Shown here: one piece after another, positions 16,436-25,476 of the stretch
How positions within the stretch are numbered: the stretch's first letter is position 1
How the letters are laid out: every line of letters starts with the position of its first letter
Source of the DNA: Bdellovibrionota bacterium
Lineage (GTDB): Bacteria > Bdellovibrionota > UBA2428
Assembly (NCBI GenBank): GCA_964201665.1
Contig: CAXNEW010000001.1
Location: forward strand, 2,623-66,622
Length of the DNA: 64,000 nt
Reading direction: 5' to 3'
Position numbers and translations under genes: made by a program
The notes under the pieces: model-generated
Database searches by the model: none
What the model saw: the letters and a program-made list of their open reading frames with translations, nothing else
What the model was told of the DNA's origin: nothing

Positions 16436-18031
16436 CTACGACGCTATTGTTAAATTTTTATTTTTTTTGAAATGGAGTTTGATGTCGGCAGCGAGATCTC
16501 TCAGTCTCTTCTTTTTAGACGCAATCCCTTTTAAACGAACTCGTTCACCTGTTTGAAAGAGGAGATTCCATTGATAGAATAGGGTTTTGTACGCCGAAAT
16601 TAGAGAGTTGGTGGCATCCCAAATGTGAGTCATCTCAGATCCAGAGCCATTGATTTCTATAACTACAAAATTTTTCCCAATCTTCAGATCGTCAAGAGAA
16701 CGTGCTCGGACGTCGATGCGTCCGAAGTAAAAGTTAGGGATTTCATGGGCCAGTAGATCTATAGAGTGTAGGATCTGGTCAGTAATAAGGTCTTGGCCAT
16801 CCCAAAAAATAGCTCCTTGGCAATGATTGCCCGAAAGACCCAGAGGCACACGCTCACCAGACGATGGAACCCGGTCTAATTCTTTTTCAAATCTTGCAAA
16901 GTAGGTGGCCGCAATGATTCGAGCCCGTTTGTCTTTGAGAATCAGGGCGCCTAATTTGGTTTTCCCATCGCCTACAACAAAAGGAAATTCTTTGCGCGTG
17001 AGCGAAGGAATTGTCCCCGCTACTTGTTCGGGAAATCGGTGGTAAAAAATTCCGACTTCTACATTCCAATCGCTATATTCTTGGGCAATGACTTTGGTCT
17101 TGATTTGGGAGAGGTACGCACGAGCTTCGTCTTCATTGGGAATCAGTCTAACTCCGTATCCTCTTTGTCCGACGTCCGGTTTAAAAATGATCGGGTATTG
17201 CAATCCCGAATTGGCCAAAAGGCTTTGCCAATCTGATTCTGCATCAATCGGAACTGCCTTCAGTGCCCATGGACTTGTGGAGTTAACAAATTTCAAATAG
17301 TCCCATTTCGACTCGCCAATCAGCCCTCCATTTCTGAGGTCCGGATTTGCGTCGAGAGGAACACTAAAACTTCGATATTTAAAAGCTAGATAAGGGATAT
17401 AAAACACAACCGGAAGATAAAAGAGCCAGGCGGGCCAAAACTCGAAATGAGTCCACCTTCTCCAGCTGTAAAGAAGAGCTTTGCGCCTCCAGGGGTCGGC
17501 GAGTTGGGGCAGCATTTGCCTAACAACAAAAATTGAGGAAGCAGAGACCACGAGCAAGCTCCAAAGTGGGCCCGTCCAAAGCTCGGCGATTCCCTGGACC
17601 AAACTGAAGGCAAATGCAACCCAAACGAAGACACTAGCGAGGGTGACGAGGACAAAACGCTTCAGCGAGTAACCGAAATAGCCTGCGGCGAGGTAGAGGG
17701 GTAGCCTTGAACCTGGGACTGCTCGCGAAACGACCATGAGAATATCAGCGCGTTTTGAATCTCGAATTTGCTGCCTCAATGTTTCAAGACGGGGCCAGGT
17801 CTTTTTGTGTAACTTTCGAGCCAGTGCCCCAATCAAATAAAGGCCAATATCGCCTAAAACGATTCCGCAAAAAGTGGCCAAAAAAGCCTTCACAAAACTC
17901 AAGTTTGAACTTTTTACCAGAGCGATACCCATAACCAGAGCCGCATCTTCGAGAACAAAGGTGGTCAAGAAGAGAGAAATGACATGCCAAGCTTCTGACA
18001 GGCCGAAAAAATTTTGGAACAACTCAGACAA
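16436..18031 (-). CDS. Fusion protein: N-terminal DedA/VTT (SNARE-associated) membrane domain plus C-terminal ATP-grasp ligase domain
   Basis: The N-terminus has ..LGDIGLYLIG...VSRAVPGSRLPLYLAAGYFGYSLKRF.. (DedA signature). The C-terminus has ..IIFKPDVGQRGYGVRLI...VIAQEY...GRIDVR...VVIEINGSGSE.. (ATP-grasp strands). The apparent start is TTG, so the start is uncertain. Confidence 0.6.
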   Translation of the reverse strand: MSELFQNFFGLSEAWHVISLFLTTFVLEDAALVMGIALVKSSNLSFVKAFLATFCGIVLGDIGLYLIGALARKLHKKTWPRLETLRQQIRDSKRADILMVVSRAVPGSRLPLYLAAGYFGYSLKRFVLVTLASVFVWVAFAFSLVQGIAELWTGPLWSLLVVSASSIFVVRQMLPQLADPWRRKALLYSWRRWTHFEFWPAWLFYLPVVFYIPYLAFKYRSFSVPLDANPDLRNGGLIGESKWDYLKFVNSTSPWALKAVPIDAESDWQSLLANSGLQYPIIFKPDVGQRGYGVRLIPNEDEARAYLSQIKTKVIAQEYSDWNVEVGIFYHRFPEQVAGTIPSLTRKEFPFVVGDGKTKLGALILKDKRARIIAATYFARFEKELDRVPSSGERVPLGLSGNHCQGAIFWDGQDLITDQILHSIDLLAHEIPNFYFGRIDVRARSLDDLKIGKNFVVIEINGSGSEMTHIWDATNSLISAYKTLFYQWNLLFQTGERVRLKGIASKKKRLRDLAADIKLHFKKNKNLTIAS

Positions 18032-18191
18032 AAAAATTTCCCCACGTCATCGCCGTTCTGAGTGACGGGTAAGGGTACTTTCTTACAACAATAAAATTGG
18101 CCTCAAATTTTTTTGTAAGATTTAGTGACCTCACCACACTCATTCACCGGGAAACCTCTGAATTAAGTTCGAACGATTAAAGGAGATTGAA

Positions 18192-18662
18192 ATGGGAAAA
18201 AAGTGGACTCACGTTTTTTTAGGATTTTTTATGGCTGCTACAGCGCAGGCAGGAAATTTATTGAATACCGACAAGTCTGGAGTGGCTTTGTCTAACTACG
18301 ACGCAGTTTCGTATTTCAAGGGGGAGGCCCCGCAAAAGGGTAGCTCTCAATTCCAAACAACCCACGAAGGAGCCGTTTACTTTTTTGCAAATGAAGTAAA
18401 CAAGCAGACCTTCTTGAAGGCGCCAGAAAAATTTCTTCCACAATTTGGCGGTTGGTGCGCCTATGCTGTAGCAGATTCGAAATCAAAAGTTGAAGTCGAT
18501 CCAAAAAGTTTTTTGATTCAAGATGGACGCCTATTGCTTTTTTATAACGGATTTTTTGGGAATACTCGTAAAAAGTGGCAGGAAACCAAAGGCAAAGATG
18601 CCGCAAGTTTTCTAAAGGAAGCCGACGCTAACTGGCCTGAAGTGAAAAACAAAGACTCCTAA
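18192..18662 (+). CDS. Secreted YHS-domain (seleno)protein-family homologue (Cys form)
   Basis: ..LSNYDAVSYFKG....G......HEGAVYFFANEVNKQTFLKAPEKFLPQFGGWCAYAV.. matches the family pattern GYD.V.Y...G..Y.F......F...P..Y.PQ.GG.C. Confidence 0.55.
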   Translation: MGKKWTHVFLGFFMAATAQAGNLLNTDKSGVALSNYDAVSYFKGEAPQKGSSQFQTTHEGAVYFFANEVNKQTFLKAPEKFLPQFGGWCAYAVADSKSKVEVDPKSFLIQDGRLLLFYNGFFGNTRKKWQETKGKDAASFLKEADANWPEVKNKDS

Positions 18663-18664
18663 AT

Positions 18665-19075
18665 ATGAAAAATAAAATTCTGTTCCTTCTTAGGTTGCTC
18701 TCAGCTGGCATTCTTCTTCAGACGCTTTTCTTTAAGTTTTCGGGAGCGAAAGAATCTATATTTATTTTTTCTAGTCTGGGTGCTGAGCCTTGGGGACGAT
18801 GGATTTCTGGTGGCTTTGAACTTGTGGCGAGTATTTTGCTTTTGCTCCCGTCAACTCAAGCCTTGGGGGCACTTCTCGCGGCTGGAGTGATGGCGGGTGC
18901 AATTCTGAGTCACATTCTAATCCTTGGAGTTGTCGTAGAGAACGATGGAGGACTGCTCTTTGGACTGGCCCTTGTTGTCTTTTCGTCGTCTTTGATTGTT
19001 TTATACGATCAGCGAAACTCGCTGTTCGTTTTGCTCGACAATCTAAGACGAAAGAGGCGTGGGGAGTATTCCTAG
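18665..19075 (+). CDS. DoxX-family membrane protein
   Basis: A 136-aa protein with four predicted TM helices and a ..RLLSAGILLQTLFFKF.. opening typical of DoxX. Only 2 nt separate it from the upstream stop. Confidence 0.55.
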   Translation: MKNKILFLLRLLSAGILLQTLFFKFSGAKESIFIFSSLGAEPWGRWISGGFELVASILLLLPSTQALGALLAAGVMAGAILSHILILGVVVENDGGLLFGLALVVFSSSLIVLYDQRNSLFVLLDNLRRKRRGEYS

Positions 19076-19089
19076 GAAAGCTGCGAAAT

Positions 19090-20730
19090 ATGGCGGTCGA
19101 CACAAATCTTGCTTTCCGAAACTACGACCGAAAAGTTCTGTATTCATGTCCTGCCTTTGAAGTTGTTCAATGCGAATGGAAAAAAAACAGCAGCTCGCCG
19201 ATGCACAATCATGGCTCAAGCGACTGCTATGTGCTTGTCGAAGAGGGGCTGTTCGAAGAATCGGTTCGAAGCGGCTTAGAGATTTCAACGTCTTTTCGGA
19301 AATCAGGCCAGGTTATTCACACACCCCCTTTTTCAAGCCACGATCTCATCTGCAAATCTGATTACGCTCGCACGGTGCACGTTTATGTTCCGCCGCTTTC
19401 TAAAGACCAGCTTGGGAACAGGTTTTCCAGTCCAGATCAGAGTGAGAAGCTAAACTTTTTCGAACCGCTTTCAAGGCCGGGAATATCCAGAGATGCGTTT
19501 AGCTCACTTCTAGATGAAGTGCGGAATCAGTCCGTTTCGGTTCACTCGGAATACTTCATGAATCAGCTTTTCTCTGGCCTTCTTCCGGAGTCGATCGCTG
19601 TGAGCCGCATTGTAGCTTCGACCAAGGCGACATTGGCGACGCGCGAAGCGAGTCCCGTATTTTCCCTTGCTGAAAATGAGGTTGTCTTTGCACTTAGTCA
19701 GGCACTTGGCTGGGATCCAAGAAAATCAAACGGACTGGCAGTTCCCGGCGGTAGCGCTGCCAACTTCATGGGCCTTCATTGTGCTCGCCAGCGAGTTTTG
19801 CCCTCTGCTCGCGATGAGGGAAATCAAGGCCATAGGTTTAGAGTTTTTGTTTCAGAAGAATCCCACTATTCCTGGAAAAAAGGCTGTCTAGCTCTAGGTT
19901 TCGGTTTGAATGCCGCGATTCCGATTCGCGCAGATGCTCGAGGTCGCCTGATTCCAGAACAACTCCAGGTAGAATTAACTAAGAGTCGTTTGCGTGGAGA
20001 AGTTCCTTTGTTAGTCGGTGCAACCGCCGGAACAACAGTGACCGGAGCCTTCGATCCCATCCGGGAAATGCACAGCGTGTGTCGGGACCAGGATGTGTGG
20101 TTGCACGTCGATGCGGCCTGGGGTGGACCTGCAATTTTTTCGAACTCCGCAAAACATCTCATGAACGGCGTGGAATTGGCTGATTCTTTGAGTTTTGATG
20201 CACATAAACTTTTGGGAGCCTCTCTAACCTCAAGTATTTTTATTACCCAACATAAACATATTCTATTGGAAGCAAACGACGTCGCAGCTACATACCTGTT
20301 TCACGACAATGAAGACTTCGGGGACCGAGGAAGGTTGTCTTGGCAATGTGGGCGACCGGCGGATGCATTTGCGTTTTGGTCGATATGGAAACGCTATGGC
20401 AGTGATGGGTTTGGGAGGTTTATTGATCGGCAAATGGATTTGCAGAAGTCGTTTGTTCAACTTCTTAAGGAAAGTGGGCCGCGAATCAAGCTACTGCACG
20501 AACCAGAGTTCTTGAACGTGTGCGTTCAGGTGCTTCCGCCTGAAGATCAACAAGACGTTGCAAGTTGGTCGCGCCATGTTCGTCAATCTCTATTGGAGTC
20601 CAACCAGGCTATGATCAATTTTTCGGTGAATCCTCAAGGAGTGTCGTTTCTGAGATTTATTCTTGCTCATCCACACCTCGAAATTGTTCAACTTAGAAAA
20701 ATAGTTCAATGGGCACTCGAGGTTCAATAG
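19090..20730 (+). CDS. Fusion: cysteine-dioxygenase-like cupin (residues ~1-105) plus group II PLP-dependent decarboxylase (GAD/CSAD-like)
   Basis: The N-terminal PMHNHGSSDCYVLVEEGLFEE, ..SSHDL.. and ..TVHVYVPP parallel rat CDO SIHDHTDSHCFLKLLQGNLKE, GLHRVEN and SLHLYSPP. The C-terminal part has ..VPGGSAANFMGLHCARQ.. and the PLP-lysine motif SFDAHKLLGA. Confidence 0.65.
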   Translation: MAVDTNLAFRNYDRKVLYSCPAFEVVQCEWKKNSSSPMHNHGSSDCYVLVEEGLFEESVRSGLEISTSFRKSGQVIHTPPFSSHDLICKSDYARTVHVYVPPLSKDQLGNRFSSPDQSEKLNFFEPLSRPGISRDAFSSLLDEVRNQSVSVHSEYFMNQLFSGLLPESIAVSRIVASTKATLATREASPVFSLAENEVVFALSQALGWDPRKSNGLAVPGGSAANFMGLHCARQRVLPSARDEGNQGHRFRVFVSEESHYSWKKGCLALGFGLNAAIPIRADARGRLIPEQLQVELTKSRLRGEVPLLVGATAGTTVTGAFDPIREMHSVCRDQDVWLHVDAAWGGPAIFSNSAKHLMNGVELADSLSFDAHKLLGASLTSSIFITQHKHILLEANDVAATYLFHDNEDFGDRGRLSWQCGRPADAFAFWSIWKRYGSDGFGRFIDRQMDLQKSFVQLLKESGPRIKLLHEPEFLNVCVQVLPPEDQQDVASWSRHVRQSLLESNQAMINFSVNPQGVSFLRFILAHPHLEIVQLRKIVQWALEVQ

Positions 20731-20731
20731 A

Positions 20732-21577
20732 TTGCAAACTTTAAGATTTTTTTTGATAATTTTTGTTCTTAGTCTGAGTGCCTGTGAGGATCCCACACTT
20801 GCAATACGAGCCGATATTGCGGCTTTCAAAACGGAGACGCCTGATAGTTTTTATTTTACACACTCTGGCGGACGTAAAGTCCGAGCTGCATGGGCTGGGC
20901 TACCGACGCTTCGTCCGTTGATTTTTGTGCACGGATCTCCTGGATCATGGCAGGGATGGGCTGCCTTTCTGAGAAACAAAGAACTTCAAAATCGGTTTCA
21001 CATCATAGCCGTGGACCGACTGGGATACGGAGGATCAGGAGCAGGTCAAGCTGAACCAGCCCTGGAGTCTCAGGCAAATGCTATTTCACAATTTCTCCAA
21101 GAGAACAAAAGTGGCCTAGGAGCTGTTGTGGTTGGACATTCTCTAGGCGGCCCAGTTGCTGCCCGAATTGCAATGGATTTTCCCACGCAAGTCGCTGCCC
21201 TTGTACTTTTAGCGAGTTCGGTCGATCCTGCTCTCGAAGAAACCAAATGGTTCCAAATTCCCGCGCAGTGGCTCCTTTTAAAGTGGATGATTCCAAAAGA
21301 TTTGAAGGTTTGTAACAAGGAGATTCTTGGTCTTAAAGATCAGCTTCGCGAAATGACTCCAAGTTGGCAAAACCTAAACATACCCATTGCCATTGTACAT
21401 GGAGATAGAGATGATTTGGTTCCGGTTGAGAATGTCGATTTCCTAAAACTTCATTTAAAAAAGAATGCACTTGTGAGTGTCGAAATCATCCAGGGAATGA
21501 ATCATTTTATCCCATGGCGAAACATGGAATCTGTTTTGAACGCAATCCGAGTCGTGTCCAACAAAGTCACCCTCTAG
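20732..21577 (+). CDS. Alpha/beta-hydrolase lipoprotein
   Basis: TTG start 1 nt after the upstream stop. Lipobox LSLSAC. ..FVHGSPGSW.. and the nucleophile elbow GHSLGG are present. Confidence 0.6.
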   Translation: MQTLRFFLIIFVLSLSACEDPTLAIRADIAAFKTETPDSFYFTHSGGRKVRAAWAGLPTLRPLIFVHGSPGSWQGWAAFLRNKELQNRFHIIAVDRLGYGGSGAGQAEPALESQANAISQFLQENKSGLGAVVVGHSLGGPVAARIAMDFPTQVAALVLLASSVDPALEETKWFQIPAQWLLLKWMIPKDLKVCNKEILGLKDQLREMTPSWQNLNIPIAIVHGDRDDLVPVENVDFLKLHLKKNALVSVEIIQGMNHFIPWRNMESVLNAIRVVSNKVTL

Positions 21578-21599
21578 TGTAGTGATTCATACATTAGCC

Positions 21600-21920
21600 T
21601 TAAGGCAGAGTTGTTTTAGAATGCTCATTGAGGAGGCGTTTGTTGAGTTTGAGAAGCGTGTCCTCGCCAAGTTTTTTAACTTTTATCTGAGTTGCCTCTT
21701 TATTGAGCCAGGTACTGTACCCCTGATAGTTTCGACAGGCTTGGCACAAGCTCATGTGGAGTGAATGACGAATTTTCTGTTTCGGGGTTTTAACAGAGTC
21801 CCCCATGTTGATCCGCTCCGCTACTTCTTGGCAGCGCATAGCAAAATTGACCATCGTCCTCGATGCGAGAGCATAATAGCTGTCGTGCCAGATTTTTCTC
21901 AGTCTTTGAATAATCGTCAC
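21600..21920 (-). CDS. Anti-sigma factor (zf-HC2 type, no TM segment)
   Basis: H-x3-C-x2-C motif (HMSLCQAC). It lies immediately downstream of the ECF sigma gene. Confidence 0.5.
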   Translation of the reverse strand: MTIIQRLRKIWHDSYYALASRTMVNFAMRCQEVAERINMGDSVKTPKQKIRHSLHMSLCQACRNYQGYSTWLNKEATQIKVKKLGEDTLLKLNKRLLNEHSKTTLP

Positions 21921-21922
21921 GA

Positions 21923-22525
21923 CTAATAGCCTTCTAAATTAATATTCCCCTCTAAGCACCGGCGAAGTTTTTCTTTGGCGCGAAAGAGCAACACTCCAAG
22001 GTTAGTGACGCTCACTCCTAGAATATTACAAATGGATGCCGATTCTAAGTCATCGACCTCTTTTAGAATAAAAGCTTCTTTTTGATTCGAGCTTAGCCCT
22101 TCCAGGCAGTTTTTAATTGCTGTCCCGGTCTGTTTTCTGCTCAGCAATCGAGAAGGATCAGGAGGTTCTCGCTTCCACCATCCTTCGGGGGTGAAACTAT
22201 GGCTCATCACGGTCTCGGGATCTTCTTCGGAAGTAGTACGAGCTTGGGACCTGCGTTCTTCACGAATTTTGTTGATTAGAATTCCCCCTAGAAAAGTTTT
22301 AACTTCGGATCGACCCTCGAAAGACTCGATATTTTCAAAGAAGGTCGCCCAAGTTTGGCAGACAATTTCCTCAGCGTGCTCGCCAAAGACGCGACGAGAT
22401 CCGGCCATTTTCAAAAGGTAGGGATTCAGGTTACAAAAAAGTTCAGCGAGAAAATGAGGGTCACGATCTCGTAGGGATTTTAAGACGGCTTCATCGAGTT
22501 GAATCAATGGACCTCCGACATCCAC
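21923..22525 (-). CDS. ECF-type RNA polymerase sigma-70 factor
   Basis: Region 2 (..AEEIVCQTWATFFE..) and region 4 HTH (..QKEAFILKEVDDLESASICNILGVSVTNLGVLLFRAKEKLR..). Confidence 0.8.
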   Translation of the reverse strand: MDVGGPLIQLDEAVLKSLRDRDPHFLAELFCNLNPYLLKMAGSRRVFGEHAEEIVCQTWATFFENIESFEGRSEVKTFLGGILINKIREERRSQARTTSEEDPETVMSHSFTPEGWWKREPPDPSRLLSRKQTGTAIKNCLEGLSSNQKEAFILKEVDDLESASICNILGVSVTNLGVLLFRAKEKLRRCLEGNINLEGY

Positions 22526-22599
22526 TTGAATTAGTTTTTTTTGACCGTTTGTTCAATAATGAAATTGCACACTAACCTTATCTGTGCTCCAATGACGCA

Positions 22600-23223
22600 A
22601 TGGGGCGGCCTCCAAAGTTTGATCGTGAAACGATTTTAGATTCGGCTATGCGATGTTTTTGGCAACGCGGGTATGCCCAGACGAGCGTCGATGATCTTGT
22701 CAGGGCGACGGGCCTAAAGCGAGGTAGCCTTTATTTTCACTTTACCGATAAAAAGACTCTCTTTCTGGCAGTTCTCGAGCACTACAAGCAAACTGTTGTG
22801 CTCGGGCGACGCTCACATGTTGATTCCGCGCCGAACGCTAGGACGGGAATCGAGAATTTTTTTGTCGAAACCTTGCTCTCCGTGGAAGGCGCCAGTTTCT
22901 ATTGGGGCTGCCTCAACACCAATACGGCAACCCAGCTTGGAGAGGTCTCGGAGAAAGAGATTTTAACATGGATCAGGAACGGAATTATAGCTTGGGAAAA
23001 GTATTGGGAAACTGTTGTTAGTCGCGGAATTCAGGATGGAAGTATTTACACAAAGAGTGCACCTAAAGATGTTGCAATTGCGTTAGTGGCGCTCACGCAA
23101 GGCTCTAACGTCATATTGAAAAGCTTGAACAGTCCTGTAGCCTCTCGACGCGCCATTAAGATCATTCTCGAGGGAATTTTGGGGGAATCCCGTAATAAAG
23201 CGCTCGATTTGTACACTGACTAA
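22600..23223 (+). CDS. TetR/AcrR-family transcriptional regulator
   Basis: N-terminal HTH ..FWQRGYAQTSVDDLVRATGLKRGSLYFHFTDKKTLF.. Confidence 0.8.
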   Translation: MGRPPKFDRETILDSAMRCFWQRGYAQTSVDDLVRATGLKRGSLYFHFTDKKTLFLAVLEHYKQTVVLGRRSHVDSAPNARTGIENFFVETLLSVEGASFYWGCLNTNTATQLGEVSEKEILTWIRNGIIAWEKYWETVVSRGIQDGSIYTKSAPKDVAIALVALTQGSNVILKSLNSPVASRRAIKIILEGILGESRNKALDLYTD

Positions 23224-23230
23224 ATGAAAA

Positions 23231-23965
23231 ATGAGTATTTCCGAATTATTGGTGTCGGCGCTTGCAGGATTTCTTACAACGCTTTCTCCTTGCGTACTTC
23301 CGGTCTTGCCTCTGGTCATCGCTAGCTCGCTTCGAGCAGGACGCCGTGGTCCACTATTTTTTGTCGGAGGTCTTTTACTGACTTTTGTCGGCGTCACTTG
23401 GGCCCTATCTAGCTTCGGCAACATTCTTGGATTGGATCGCGGCCTCATTCGCAATATTTCAGCACTCACGCTGATCACAGCCGGAGTTCTGTTTCTGAGC
23501 GAAAAGGCTCAGGAACTCCTCTCTCAGGCTCTCGCACCCTTAGTGAACAAGCTGAACTATACGAGCCAAGTGGTCAGTATGCGGTCCTCAGTTTGGGAAA
23601 ACGGACGTCAGTTTATCCTGGGGGCCCTGGCCGGAATTATTTGGACCCCCTGCAGTGGCCCAAGCCTAGGAGTGGCGATTGGCCTCGCTTCAAATAAACA
23701 AAACAGCTTACAGGCTTTGCCAGTGCTCGCTATTTTTGGTCTTGGGGCGGCGCTGCCTCTTTTGGCTATTGCCTACGGATCTACTGCCTTTTCGCTGCGG
23801 CTTCGCCGGGGCTCGATGCGGTGGATGACGCTCATCAAGAAGACCGCAGGTATTTTAATCATCACTATTGGTCTCGCGATCCTTACGGGTCTGGATAAAA
23901 AAATTGAATCTCAACTTTTGCGGTGGTCACCCGAATGGCTCACCGATCTCACCACACGCTTTTAA
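23231..23965 (+). CDS. ccdA: CcdA/DsbD-type transmembrane thiol-disulfide electron transporter
   Basis: ..[12 protein letters not shown].. and ..TPCSGPSLG.. are the two conserved Cys-containing TM motifs of the DsbD_2/CcdA family. Confidence 0.7.
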   Translation: MSISELLVSALAGFLTTLSPCVLPVLPLVIASSLRAGRRGPLFFVGGLLLTFVGVTWALSSFGNILGLDRGLIRNISALTLITAGVLFLSEKAQELLSQALAPLVNKLNYTSQVVSMRSSVWENGRQFILGALAGIIWTPCSGPSLGVAIGLASNKQNSLQALPVLAIFGLGAALPLLAIAYGSTAFSLRLRRGSMRWMTLIKKTAGILIITIGLAILTGLDKKIESQLLRWSPEWLTDLTTRF

Positions 23966-23981
23966 ACTTGGAGGAATTTTC

Positions 23982-25415
23982 ATGAATCTAAAATCTGCGG
24001 TCTTTGCTCTCGCCACTTTTTCAAGCACAGCCAGTGCTTACCCCGTTTTTGATCAAACGCAGTACGATGCTGCGCTAAAGGCGAATTCAAAAATTCTACT
24101 GCATTTTCATGCTGACTGGTGTCCCACCTGTGTCAAACAAGAAAAGGTTCTCAAAGGGCTGAGCGGCGATTCTTTGCTTAAGGGAGTAACCCTTTTCAAG
24201 GTAGATTACGACAATGCCGACGCTCTAAAAAAGACTTACAAAATCAACTCGCAATCAACGCTTGTGGCCCTCAACGGCGGTATCGAAAGTGGTCGCATTA
24301 TCAGCAAAACAAGCGAATCCGATTTGCGGGAATTTTTGAAGTCAGCTTTTTCTGAGAAAAAATTGAGCGATACCCTGGATGCACTATCGAAGGCATCGGT
24401 GAGTCGAGTTACTTCTGAGCAAAAGGCAATTATGGAAAAAGCCCTGCAGGATTTGCGTAAGTCAGACCTGCTAAAGAAGCTGCCCAAGGAGGGTGATAAG
24501 GCTCCGGATTTTACTCTGATGAACGTCCTCGGAAAAGAAATCAAACTCTCGACTCTGCTTCGACGTGGCCCCATCGTGTTGACGTTTTATCGCGGGGGTT
24601 GGTGCCCTTACTGTAATGCGCAATTGCGTGCTTACCAGGAAAAGTTGCCTGCATTTCGACAGCTCGGAGCCCAACTCGTGGCCATTTCGCCAGAAGTGCC
24701 GGAGGCAGGCCTCTCGACGGCCGAAAAAGATGATCTTAAGTTTCAAGTTCTAAGCGACCGCAACAATCAAGTGGCTAGGACCTACGGATTGGTCTTTAAG
24801 CTTTCACCCGATCAGCAGAAAACATACAAAGAATTTGGCGTGGACCTGGAGAAAAATCAAGGCAGCACAAATTGGGAACTACCGGTGCCAGCGACCTTCG
24901 TCATCGGTAAAGATCGCGTAATTCACTACGCCTTTGCGGAGGTCGACTACACGAAACGCGCAGAGCCTGAGGATATTTTGTCGGCTATAAAAAATAAAGA
25001 ACTAAAAACTCGATTGACCTCAGAGCAGTATCGAGTGACCCAAGAAGGGGCTACTGAAGCCCCCTTCAAGAACGCCTACTACAATAATAAAAAGCCGGGA
25101 ATTTATGTCGATGTCGTTTCGGGAGAACCCTTATTTAGCTCGCTCGATAAATTTGACTCGGGGACTGGCTGGCCAAGTTTTAGCAAGCCGATCGATGTCG
25201 ACCAAGTGAGCAAAAAAGAGGATCTCTCACTTGGGATGTCTCGAATCGAGGTCGAGTCCTCCAACGGAGCGCATTTAGGTCACGTTTTTAACGACGGTCC
25301 GAAAGATAAAGGCGGGCAACGTTACTGCATCAATTCGGCAGCCTTAAGGTTTATTCCGGTCGAAAACCTGTCTGCCGAAGGTTATGAAGAGTATGAAAAA
25401 TCTTTCACCAAATAG
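23982..25415 (+). CDS. Exported tri-domain protein: thioredoxin-like (WCPTC), AhpC/TSA redoxin-like (WCPYC) and methionine-R-sulfoxide reductase MsrB
   Basis: The start was moved to ATG 23982, which has GGAGG 8 nt upstream. Signal peptide [19 protein letters not shown]. The C-terminus has ..[11 protein letters not shown]...GHVFNDGP....[11 protein letters not shown] (MsrB). The MsrB zinc CxxC pairs are absent ([13 protein letters not shown]). Confidence 0.75.
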   Translation: MNLKSAVFALATFSSTASAYPVFDQTQYDAALKANSKILLHFHADWCPTCVKQEKVLKGLSGDSLLKGVTLFKVDYDNADALKKTYKINSQSTLVALNGGIESGRIISKTSESDLREFLKSAFSEKKLSDTLDALSKASVSRVTSEQKAIMEKALQDLRKSDLLKKLPKEGDKAPDFTLMNVLGKEIKLSTLLRRGPIVLTFYRGGWCPYCNAQLRAYQEKLPAFRQLGAQLVAISPEVPEAGLSTAEKDDLKFQVLSDRNNQVARTYGLVFKLSPDQQKTYKEFGVDLEKNQGSTNWELPVPATFVIGKDRVIHYAFAEVDYTKRAEPEDILSAIKNKELKTRLTSEQYRVTQEGATEAPFKNAYYNNKKPGIYVDVVSGEPLFSSLDKFDSGTGWPSFSKPIDVDQVSKKEDLSLGMSRIEVESSNGAHLGHVFNDGPKDKGGQRYCINSAALRFIPVENLSAEGYEEYEKSFTK

Positions 25416-25476
25416 TTCTCGTTTATAGGTATTGAAACAAACCAAAACTTGAATTCGCGTTAATCGTAAAGTTTTT

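Noticed and set aside
23868-23981. An upstream Met at 23868 as the start of the Trx-redoxin-MsrB gene, which would overlap ccdA by 98 nt.
   Set aside because: ATG 23982 has a GGAGG 8 nt upstream and yields a clean signal peptide. The extension would be translated from within ccdA and has no signal-like features.
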